From the NCBI GenBank assembly GCA_002269645.1, contig NIVC01003210.1, forward strand, positions 1-64,000: DNA of 64,000 nucleotides. The letters run 5' to 3'. Source of the stretch: Macrostomum lignano. Its lineage: Eukaryota. Below the pieces are notes generated by a model. It ran no database searches. It worked only from the letters and a program-made list of their open reading frames with translations, and was not told the DNA's origin. Every line of letters starts with the position of its first letter. Within the stretch, counting starts at the first letter, position 1. The position numbers and the translations under genes are program-made. This document shows positions 38,288 through 49,479 of this stretch, piece by piece.

Positions 38288-39015
38288 ATGGAAAATGCCA
38301 CCGATCAATAGCGGCCGTGGACTCCCCCCTGGCAACGGGTCCCTCCCGGAGATTAGCAAAATAATGTACCGTTGACAGGGAGGGGACTAAAAATGCTGCA
38401 AGGGACTGAAGCATAGAAGGGAGCCGCATCCAACCAATGCGTTACAACCCCCCTCCGCCACCTCTGCGAGGGCAGAGCGGATCCTCCTAGCGACCAGCTA
38501 GTTTAGCGGTTTCTATTTATTATTCTATTTATTTATCCTTAGAATTCTCCAGGAATTCTATTCCTGGCGCACGCCAGGAAGGGACACTGAGCATAGCAGC
38601 CAGTGGAGCAGCTATTCAATACTATGAGCATGTCAGCAAAGTTTTAAAAGCAGATTGCTGCAAATATCCTGTATGGATAACAATAATTATTTTTACTCAG
38701 GCAAATATACAGATATATGGGCAGATAATGCAACCTACAGCTCAGCCGCAGCTAATGCAGGGTTGGGAGGGGGACGTTTGCCACACACACCCTCAATTAT
38801 CCCAGCTAATGCTGGTACCCATTTTACAGCTGGGTGGATTCCTTTTCCAATTAGCAAGCTATGAAATTAAATGAGGATTCATCTTGTCTGTGCACGCACT
38901 ATGATGTAGGAGCGACTGGCCTGAACTGGACCATGCATTTCAATTTCTTTCCTAAGCGGTTGTGGGTCCACTGTGGGATGGGGGTCTACTAGCAGAGCTC
39001 ACCCCATAATGGCTG
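38288..39015. repeat. dispersed repeat of about 600-700 bp, copy 2, with an inserted CORE-SINE fragment (about 38770-38835)
   Basis: Homologous to 33309-33885. The insert CCCAGCTAATGCTGGTACCCATTTTACAGCTGGG matches SINE family B. Confidence 0.72.
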
Positions 39016-41159
39016 GGATACGAGAGCCACAGACCAATAAGTATACATGTAACTGTATTGCATTGTTATAACCGCAGTCGTGAGTCGTAAGCTCTAGGCT
39101 ACGAGTTTAATCTTATATATTCTCCACTTGTAGGCTTCAAATAAGACTATTGTGATTTTAAATCCATTTTTACGAGTAGCCGGACTAAAGAAATGGGCTA
39201 TTAAAAAAGAGTAAAACCAGTTATACTTTAACTACTGATTAGCATATAAAAAGATGTTAGCATATAGATGTTAGATGTTAGCATATAAAAATGTATAGAG
39301 TTCTCAATGCGCATTAGTTAACCCTATTCGTCTACACGAATGCGATGGACACCGTGTTTGTTTCACCTCAGATACCGCTGCTGGCGCATTTGCTGGGAAA
39401 ACGAAACACCTACTGTAATATATCGTTCTAGAGCCCGCCTTCTGCTGCGTCTGGTGACACGCGTTATGTCTGCACGCTGCACACCAGCGTCGCTGAGAGT
39501 CGTCGCATACGACCTTACGGAAACTCTAGTTGGAGTAACGCCGTCTTACGGAGCCACCTCCTTTACCATAAAAGCTACATATTTGCATAGGTGCAAATAT
39601 TAGAAAAAATGCACATGAGGATATTGGTTGGTAAATGTATCGACTCAAATTAGGCACAAGCACATGCAACTACGGTAAGCAAAATGGAGGCTAACCAGCC
39701 CTTGTCTAATGTTCAATTTTATATCTAGTCATCAAGCGATTGTGCTACGTAAACAAGTCGGTGCCAACCCAGCTACTTTTGAACACCGGATTCGAATAGA
39801 GGGCCTCATCAGCCCCTCAAATAGTTCGGGACCTCCAGACCGTAACCCTCCCTTGTGTGGGAGTAGCGTAGATGCTTTTAACCGCGAGGGAACCTCTCGT
39901 ACTTAAAATAGCGCTCGCCAGCACCTCCCAATCGGGGCTTGTACTCGAGCATCATATATAACTGTCCCCGATTGGCTCGCCCGACTTCACCTTGATGGAC
40001 GGGTCCGTCAGGCGCTGCAGTCCCGCCGTGTACCTGTCCACAATCCCTTTGCTACCGGCCGAAGCTGGTTTTCAGCCTCTGTCGCGCGTGCAAATCGACG
40101 AGAGACTGTAGAGTGTTCTACCTCCCTCAAAAAGTGATAAAATTGTTAACGTACTACTTACATAGTAGTAAGACAAGTAGCATGTACAAGAATAAGCGTT
40201 GAACCATATATATATTTTTAATCAACCAATCAGAAAAGCGAAAAGTCGGGCATGTTATTTTTAGCAACCCACGAATCATGCGTGACCTACAATTGTCAAG
40301 TTAAACCCCATCTGCGATTCATCATTGGTCACGTGCGACCTACATTTGTCAGTTCAAACCCCACCTACGATTCATCATTCGGCTTGCACCCGGATGAACC
40401 AATCAAAGGTATTTAAGAATAGATCAGCTACGGTAACCAATCATGTGCGCTCACACTAGACTAGTTGCGTAACCTTCTACCCTGTCATGCTTGACAGCAA
40501 CCAAAGCGTGACCCTTTGACATTTACGAAAATATGATGGACGACCTCGAGAGAGATCCGTTTGCCTATAAATACAAGCGGTCCGAAGCGGACCCGGAGCC
40601 AACTCCCAACGATAGGAGAAGCTCCGAAGAGGAAGCCTTAGAAGGACTTCCTGACCACCAAGTCAATCGAGACTCGGTCGAGTTGTTGCGGTAAGCCTTT
40701 CTCATTTACGCCCGTTGTTTGAGTCGACTCACTATTGTTATAGTGTTAGAGTCTGTTGAGACTCTTGAGTCCATTTGAGACTCCATTGGTTGTAGTCTCC
40801 AGAAGGACTACCCTGATAGATCTTAAAGGACTATCAGCGATTGCCAGAGCTATACCTAGGGTGCATTAAGGCACCGCTAGAAGGAGAAGGCTTATTTAAA
40901 ACCGCATTACGGCGCAGGGATTCCATTGTTAATTCGAAGCTTCTGATTGGTCCTGACTGCAGATACCGGCCGGAAACGAATCCAAGGAATACTTGAGGAA
41001 CTAGGACCTGGATCTTGGAAGCGAGGCGCCTGATTTACCAGTCGACAGGAAATCCTCAACTGAGTTAAAGCGAGAACGAATCACCGGGAGCGCTCTACAA
41101 AACAGGACTCAAGGTAACAAATACCTTCAGTTGATTACTGGGTTGCCTAGCAGTGGCTA

Positions 41160-42770
41160 GAAGTGATTATTCCTCGATTACCGTAAAAGTCTCCGTAATA
41201 AGGACCACATCAATACTTAGGGTACTCGAGTACAAACTCCGATTTGGTCCTCCTAGGGCGTATATACTCGTATCCACCGGCCAATATGAACCTCCGGGCG
41301 CCTCGAGTCTGGGCCCAGTGGACCGATGAGGTTTACTGGTTCCTTCTTCAATAATGAGCATTTCATTTTCAACCTTTATTTGCTCATAGAATTTGCTTAA
41401 TCGATTCAGTTCTGAACTGGTGTTATTTTTCCCCCATGGCACGGTTTATCTCTGCCTTCGAGTTTCCAATTCAACAGGGTGCGAATATTTGGGTCTTCTC
41501 GCTCGGCATTAACAATTCGCTCTCTCTACTTGGGGTTGGGTAGGAAATCGACTAACAACTTATATAGCCGATCCCATTCTGATTTTGCCGTGTACCTTTG
41601 ATTTCGCTTTTGCCCATACTCCTTCATTGAGGGATTCGATCGTAACTTTGCTCTCTGCAAACTGACTAGTGGAGTGGAGTACGTAGAATAGCAGGGGCGG
41701 GTGACTTTGGGAAAGCATGTCGTCTAGTTGAATTGGGCATCGACTTGCTTTTGGAGATGAGGAGGGATGCAGTGGGTAGAGATTCTGACAGGGTCTCATA
41801 TTCTCAAAAAATTCATGAGTGACTAGATGAGTCAGTCCCATGTCTAGGTCATGCTGGGATATTGCTTCGTGGTGCTCCCTCACGAGGTCAATCACAGCTT
41901 TCAGTTAAATCAGCACCAATACTGAGTTCACTTACCCAAAGCATCTTCAGTTGACTGAGCTTGGTGGGCGATACTCATATATTCCAGTAGGCAAGGTCCT
42001 TGGCCTTCATGGGCTTGGCTGCAGTAGTTTTAATTACTTCGACAGGGTGTCGATTGACAATATCCACGATGGCGGTGCTGTCTCTTATGGTGACCAATGT
42101 CGGAGCCATATCCACACCTGTCAACTCCTTGGCTCTCACGCCTTCTCCGATCGATGATTGAACTCATGTTCTTCGGCTAATCTGATAGGGATCTTATCGC
42201 GCTGTTAGCGGGAATCACAGCGGTATGAATTCGCTGTCTTGATCACTTTGGACCATGCTCAGGAAGCAGTTTCCGGCTCCGGTGTCAAGTAGAAAATCAA
42301 CTTCTCGGCATTCAATGCCTCCAAAGACAATTGCTTTGCAACTCTTTTGGTTTAAATTTTGCTTTCGATACTTCGCTTTTTTGGGATTTTTTCGATTTCT
42401 GGTTATTCACTGGTGTAGCGACCGAGGACTATAACACCTCGGGTGCTGACACTTTTACATCTGAGTCGCTTGACTCTGACATGTTCGAGAATAAGGCAAT
42501 GGGCGCGCATTGGTGTTGACACGAAATTTACAGGTGCATTACGCATTGGTGCATTACGCATTGGGTTTTTGGAGGAAGGGGCTTGTTGCCTTCTCCAGGG
42601 GGTTGGGTGGCAGACAGGCTGACGAGGATAGTGGAAGGCCTGTATCTGCGGGGATTTCCGGAGGGACGTGGTCTCGAATCTCAGCTTCCCTGATTAGGCG
42701 GGTTGCGGGTCATCTGCGCAACTTTGGAATAATAGAGATAAACAGAAAGTTAATTCAATAAATGATTGTC
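41160..42770 (-). mobile_element. degenerate, internally deleted Ty3/Gypsy LTR retrotransposon fragment
   Basis: Retropepsin motif VDFLLDTGA (DTG codons at 42278-42286), linker LVREHHEAISQHDLDMGLTHLVTH, and a frameshifted RT start (QLDDML...VTRPCYSTYSTPLV). No YxDD or integrase core was seen. A possible LTR-like region with TATA/CCAAT lies at about 40480-41120. Confidence 0.65.
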
Positions 42771-43045
42771 TACATTGTCTTTCATTTTAATAATCCATGC
42801 TTGGAACTCAGCATCCCACGGCTCATCCAGTTCCTCAGAGCGACAAGACGCTGTGTCAAGCGACCATCCTGCAGCTAAGCTAAGTCAAGTAAGTCAGCCT
42901 TAGTGACGCAGTCTATGGCCGAAATGCTTGCCGATCAGAAAAAAGCAAATTGATTGACAACAAGCTTGAAGAGACAGCTTGTCTTCTCTGTCGGTAAGAT
43001 TGTCTTTTTTAGAGTTAGAGATGTAGATTATCTATAAGAATCACT

Positions 43046-45311
43046 ATGACAGATCTGGCCTCGATTAGTCCACTGGAAGCCTCTGGAGCCACCGGACAGT
43101 CTGGTGCTAGCGGAGAGCAGCAGCAGCAACCGCAGCAACCGCAGCAGCAGCGGCGGCGGCGGCGGCAGCTGCAGAGAGCCCGGCCGAGGGCCACAACTCG
43201 ACTGCGCGCAAGCATCGCCCAGCAGTTGGATAACATTCGGCGAAGGTTTCAACTGCACAAGCTCTGGGACTCGATGCTGCGTAGTCTAGAAATATCCGCC
43301 GTTCTTCTGGTCCTCCTGTGCCTGCTCACCGTTCTCATTGCCGTTGTGTTCTACTATGTCAACAGGAACGGACACACCGACAGTGAGCGGTACAAGCTAT
43401 TGAAGGCCAGAGAGGCTGAGTACAATCGCTCGCTGGCTGAGGTTGTTCAGATGTCCGGCAAAGCAGATTTGAATAAAACTCTGCTAGCCGAGAAGCTGAG
43501 TCGACTCAGACAGCTAGGCAGGTGAGCTCGTATAGTCATGTGCGTTAAGTAAGGGTTTAACTTTGGTATGCCGCCTAGTTTTGTTCGAATAGCGCCTGGG
43601 CTGTTCGGGTAGCAATGGCAATATCGTTTTCTATGAAGCGCCGGTTGAACGTTTAGATAAATTACAACTCTGCAGTGCACTATGACGAGCTTTGAAGAAG
43701 CCATAAGCTTTCAAAATAGCCAAACTCCTCTAACTACATGTACAGTAGTGCTGAGCTCGTGGCAGGGCCACAATCCCCTCCCCCCTACGAACTCTAGAAT
43801 TGAAACTAGAAATGAAGCGCCCAATTTTTCTATATATTATTATTTATCTTGGAGGGTTTACTTGTAAAATTGAATATTTGTAGTAAAAAACCCTCTTAAA
43901 CTACGGCCTAGGGTTGTAGCAAAGTGGTCAGAGCGTCGGACTTGCGACTTCAAGGTTGGGGGTTCGATTCTCGACGGCCACTCGGTACAATTTGTGTCCT
44001 TGAGCAAGACACTTAACTCTGCATTGCTTCAGTTCACCCAGCTGTAAAATGGGTGCCAGCATTAGCTGGGGTATGAGGCTGTGTGTGGCGACCCACCAGT
44101 CCTTGGACTGAACAGCCGTAAGCAGCCTTCAGATGCGCCGCGCAATAGCTGCGGCTGAGCTGTCGGTTGCACATCTGGCCCAATTGGGGCAGGTGTAATC
44201 AATTATTGTGCATTATTATTATAGCTTTTGTCATGCTATCTCAGCCTAGGGACATCCAAACTCAGCCAGCCCCAACTCAGCAATGCGTTTTTTGGCTCGA
44301 GCTAGTCGAGTTTTACCATAGACATGCTTCTTGGGGCCATGCTATCTCAGCCTGGGACATGCAATCTCAGCCAATATAGATTTCAATTGCAAACAGATCT
44401 CAATGCTATCATTTCTATAACGTGACATGAAATGGCAACAAACAGCAATGAATGAACGCAGCAAGAAAAGTCAGTAAGAATCTGAAAAGTGGCTGAGATT
44501 GCATGTCCCAGGCTGAGATAGCATGGCCTTAAGAAGCATGTCTATGGTAAAACTTGACTGGCTTACGTAAAAAATCGCACTGTTGAGATGGGCTGGCTGA
44601 GTTTGGATGTCTCTAGGCTGAGATAGCATGACAAATACTATACTTGTAAATATTAATAATATCCCAAACGCAACGTGTAGAAACCTGGTCTACAAGGACA
44701 TAAAAAACGCGATCAAACAGCACGAGCTGAGGCCGACCTTCACCCAGTCGATGTACTACGCCGTCACCCTGGTGTCGCTCATTGGCTATGGGGACATTGC
44801 TGGCGCCTCCGAACTGCAGTACTTCTGCGCCAGCCTGTGCATGCTAATTGTGGTTCCGGTATGGTACATGTACCACCACCAGCTCTATCATTTGTTTTAC
44901 TTTTTCCAGCTCTACTGCTATCGCCGTTGGGTGCACAGGCAGCAGGTGGAGAGCCGGTCAAACAGAACCATGATGGTGCTATGGGCTGTCAGAATACGCA
45001 ACGCGGATGTGTACAGAAGGTCCCGATTCTACCTGAGCAATCTGGTGCTGATGATTGTGATTTTCCCCGTCTGTTGGGCCGTGTTTTCCTTTAGCGAAAG
45101 GCAGCTGGCTCTGAAGGACCAGCTGTGGCTCATTGTGCAGTCAATATTTCACATTGGCCTGGGAGATGTGCCACCACAGGCGGCCAACTGGCCCGTGATA
45201 TTTCTGATGATCAGTACCTGCTTTCTCATCTACTTCCAGTGCTTTGCGTTCATTGTGCCGCAGTATCCCTCTATGAGGCTGGCCAGGATCTTGCAGAATC
45301 ACTACAGCTGA
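43046..45311 (+). CDS. two-pore-domain potassium channel (K2P/KCNK-like), divergent, 2 exons, about 368 aa
   Basis: Exons 43046-43521 and 44681-45311 (phase 2; AG|A = Arg). Layout: TM1, cap helix, P1 SLIGYGD, TM2, TM3, P2 FHIGLGD, TM4. Confidence 0.85.
43911..44207 (+). mobile_element. tRNA-derived CORE-type SINE family B, copy 1 (K2P intron)
   Basis: A box, B box GGTTCGATTC, and the central TGTGTCCTTGAGCAAGACACTTAAC...CAGCTGTAAAATGGG resembling the MIR/CORE domain. Confidence 0.85.
44227..44635. mobile_element. foldback MITE with about 150-bp inverted arms (K2P intron)
   Basis: TTTGTCATGCTATCTCAGCCTAG.../...CTAGGCTGAGATAGCATGACAAA. Each arm has an internal duplicated CATGCTATCTCAGCC. Confidence 0.85.
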
Positions 45312-45721
45312 TGCTTGGGTGAACAATTGTTACTTACACGTACGAGCTAATTAACTCTGCTCTCTATTAAATTACAAACAGTTTTTTAAATGACACTTAT
45401 TCGAAAACTACTTATCGCAACTTCTGTAAATTCAAATCGACTCTTATTGATTCGTTACTACTTACTATCAGTAGCTTAGAAAAACATTGTTAGCGGTTTT
45501 TAGCTATTTTTGTAAACATGTCGCAATATTGCATCTGATACCATTATAAACGTTCATCTTTCAATATTTATAGACAAAAAGCGAATTGAAAATAAAACAG
45601 TAAGTATCCATTCAGATAATTTATAATTGTTTGTCCATGCTGCCTTTCAGTGTCCCATGCTGTACGATCATTATTCAACGCTTCTAAATCAATATTTAAG
45701 GCTACTAAAAATACATTAATG

Positions 45722-47175
45722 AGACAATGGTAGATTGTGTGTATGGTTTTGAAGGTAGACAATGGTAGATTGTGTGTATGGTTTTGAAGGTAGACAATGG
45801 TAGATTGTGTGTATGGTTTTGGAGGTAGACAATGGTAGATTGTGTATATGGTTTTGTCACAGACAATGGTAGATTGTGCATATGGTTTTGTCACAGACAA
45901 TGGTAGATTGTGCATATGGTTTTGTCACAGACAATGGTAGATTGTGTATATGGTTTTGGAGGTAGACAATGGTAGATTGTGCATATGGTTTTGTTACAGA
46001 CAATGGTAGATTGTGTATATGGTTTTGTCACAGACAATGGTAGATTGTGCATATGGTTTTGTCACAGACAATGGTAGATTGTGCATATGGTTTTGTCACA
46101 GACAATGGTAGATTGTGTATATGGTTTTGTCACAGACAATGGTAGATTGTGCATATGGTTTTGTCACAGACAATGGTAGATTGTGTATATGGTTTTGTCA
46201 CAGACAATGGTATATTGTGTATATGGTTTTGGAGGTAGACAATGGTAGATTGTGTATATGGTTTTGGAGGTAGACAATGGTAGATTGTGTATATGGTTTT
46301 GTCACAGACAATGGTAGATTGTGTATATGGTTTTGTCACAGACAATGGTAGATTGTGTATATGGTATTGGAGGTAGACAATGGTAGATTGTGGATATGGT
46401 TTTGGAGGTAGACAATGGTAGATTGTGTATATGGTTTTGTCACAGACAATGGTAGATTGTGTATATGGTTTTGTCACAGACAATGGTAGATTGTGTATAT
46501 GGTTTTGTCACAGACAATGGTAGATTGTGTATATGGTTTTGTCACAGACAATGGTAGATTGTGTATATGGTTTTGTCACAGACAATGGTAGATTGTGTAT
46601 ATGGTTTTGGAGGTAGACAATGGTAGATTGTGTATATGGTTTTGTCACAGACAATGGTAGATTGTGTATATGGTTTTGTCACAGACAATGGTAGATTGTG
46701 TATATGGTTTTGTCACAGACAATGGTAGATTGTGTATATGGTTTTGTCACAGACAATGGTAGATTGTGTATATGGTTTTGTCACAGACAATGGTAGATTG
46801 TGTATATGGTTTTGTCACAGACAATGGTAGATTGTGTATATGGTTTTGTCACAGACAATGGTAGATTGTGTATATGGTTTTGTCACAGACAATGGTAGAT
46901 TGTGTATATGGTTTTGTCACAGACAATGGTAGATTGTGTATATGGTTTTGTCACAGACAATGGTAGATTGTGTATATGGTTTTGTCACAGACAATGGTAG
47001 ATTGTGTATATGGTTTTGTCACAGACAATGGTAGATTGTGTATATGGTTTTGTCACAGACAATGGTAGATTGTGTATATGGTTTTGTCACAGACAATGGT
47101 AGATTGTGCATATGGTTTTGTCACAGACAATGGTAGATTGTGTATATGGTTTTGGAGGTAGACAATGGTAGATTG
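45722..47175. repeat. 34/35-bp minisatellite (ACAGACAATGGTAGATTGTGTATATGGTTTTGTC)n
   Basis: About 42 tandem units, plus one inverted unit at about 47267-47306. Confidence 0.96.
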
Positions 47176-47849
47176 CAACACCAAGGACCACTAGAAGTTA
47201 CCGTTGTACTACGGTAGACAATGGTTTTGAAGGTTTTTCACCACTCGTGAAAAATTAATCATTGTTCAATGTCTACCTCCAAAACCATATACACAATCTA
47301 CCATTTGTTCCTTGTTCGTGAAAAGTAGATACATTGTAGTTAACATACATTATGCGCATCGTCTACATGTGGCTCTTGTTTGCAAGGCAAATGCTAGTTG
47401 ATGTTCTCATACGTGTACAGTGACCGATATAAACTTTTTTGTTTGTACATTATAGAATAAAAAATTCTCATGGTCCAACTGTCTGCTACGCTCTTATTTT
47501 TAAATCTGACGCAGTCAGCTAATTTTTACTGGAAATTCGCGACTTAAGATATTCTTCTACCCTGTTCAAAACTCTTCTATAGTGGCCTGGTTAAGTTAAA
47601 AATAGCATCAAGAAATCTCGTATGGGAATCCTTTCCACTGTACGTTCAGCATTAATGTACATTTGCGTATGGCCTGTACGTTGAGGGGTGGTTGCTGGTT
47701 GGATTTTCCGAGTGCAGACTGGCCGTCAGTCTGCTTAGAACGGACCAGGTCTAGACTTGGATATTCCAAGTGAAGTTTACAGTTAGTATTTAAATAATCC
47801 GGAGCTTGCACAGACTTTGCAGAGTGCCTTTACTGGCGCAATAAAAATC

Positions 47850-48788
47850 ATGCAGTACAACAAAAAGCTACGCATCGACAAGTGGCTCAGACGGCACTTG
47901 AATCTGGGCGATCTGCACGGTCTGCAGTGGCTCATTAATCCTCAGCAGAGGCTATTCAAGGTCAGCTGGTCTCACAAGTCTGGACAATCGTGGTCGTGCA
48001 ACATTGCTAGCAGGAAGGATAACGTTTTTCTGGCCTATCACCAAGCAAGACGTGAGTGGCTGAGTGCTATTACTTTTTATTGCTTATTGTGAATTATAAG
48101 ATATAGATACGTTTTGCCGTGTAGGGACTGAGATACACCTGAGATGAGTCAAGATTTATTACTTTTGATTATATTACATTGCCATCAAAAAGCAAATGTG
48201 TAAGCTACCTCAAATTTATTAATTTCAGTTCCCGACTGTCTGCAAGCTCACTCGCGCCTGCCTGACAGTGGCAACAACAAAAAGAAGCAGAAACTGCAGA
48301 AAATTCCAGACTACAAGAGACTAAAGCAGAACTTTCGTTGCGCCCTCCGCGGCAGCCGGTACATCCGTTACGAGCCCACTCTCAGCCAGTCAAGAGGCTG
48401 TGACGCCTACAGAGTGTACCGACTGCTGCTGCCCAACGAGTCAGGACTCGAAGAAGCTGACTACAACGATGAAGAAGAGGCAACGCTGGAACAGCCAGAC
48501 GAAGCCGACCAGCAAGAGCTGCAGCAGTTGCCCTGTCTCGATCGCGACGTCGATTTGGACCGAATTCTGCAGTCGCCAGCCTCGGATCCCAGGGACGAAC
48601 TGTTGCCACTGATGTCAATGGAGCTGGACGAGCTGGACGAGCTGGACATCCTGATGACTGACGATGCCGAGACGCCAGACAGTCAGTCGCCCATCAGCTC
48701 GTCGCTGTCCTCGCCGCCTTTCGATCTGGATCAACCGCAGTTCGAGGCCGATGAAGACTTGCTTAAGTTGATGTTCAGCAGTAACTGA
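47850..48788 (+). CDS. IRF: interferon regulatory factor family transcription factor, 2 exons, about 253 aa
   Basis: Exons 47850-48051 and 48229-48788 (phase 1). IRF DNA-binding domain: KWL...GLQW...FKVSWSHK...SW, KQNFRCAL, YRVYRLL. Acidic C-terminal tail. Confidence 0.87.
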
Positions 48789-49189
48789 AGACTGAGGACT
48801 TTTGAGTCATATTAGTCAAAAAATAAGCACCATACTTTTGCACTTATCACTGCTGCATGTGTAAATATTGTGAACTGTATAAGGATAACAAAATACTCTT
48901 TCACAAACCCACGCCTACGCAACCCAGCTAGTGATGTACCTTGCATATGCACGTACATTTTCAACACATACACAAATCGTACACATACATTTTGGCTCGT
49001 ATTTTTGGGACAAGAAATAATGTACGCTCCTTTTTGTTTCTTGTTAAGTTTATTTCAAACATATAACAGTTATTAAACTAGTCATCGAATAGCATATATA
49101 TTTATTGCAATTTATCCATCTTGTAGGATAGTACAAAAATTTATGAAAAACCTCCGTTAGTCTTTATTCCTTAGCTTCCAGGACAGGCT

Positions 49190-49445
49190 AGACCTGAACT
49201 TCCGGGACAGGTTAGACCTAAACTTCCAGGACGGATTAGACCTAAACTTTCAGGACAGGTTAGACCTAAACTTCCAGGACGCGTTAGACCTAAACTTCCA
49301 GGACGCGTTAGACCTAAACTTCCAGGACGGGTTAGACCTAAACTTTCAAGACAAGTTAGAGCTAGACCTAAACTTTCACAGGTTAGACCTAAACTTCCAG
49401 GACAGGTTAGACCTAAACTTCCAGGACTGTTTAGAGCTAAACTTC
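49190..49445. repeat. 24-bp minisatellite (GTTAGACCTAAACTTCCAGGACRS)n
   Basis: About 10 units immediately downstream of the CPQ stop codon. Confidence 0.9.
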
Positions 49446-49479
49446 CGGAAGTGTGGCGTTTCTTGTATGGCGCCTATCC

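Noticed and set aside
43911-43990. Functional tRNA genes at the SINE heads (also 51185, 51970, 53095)
   Set aside because: There is no proper acceptor stem, the anticodons differ between copies, and most heads continue into shared SINE bodies.
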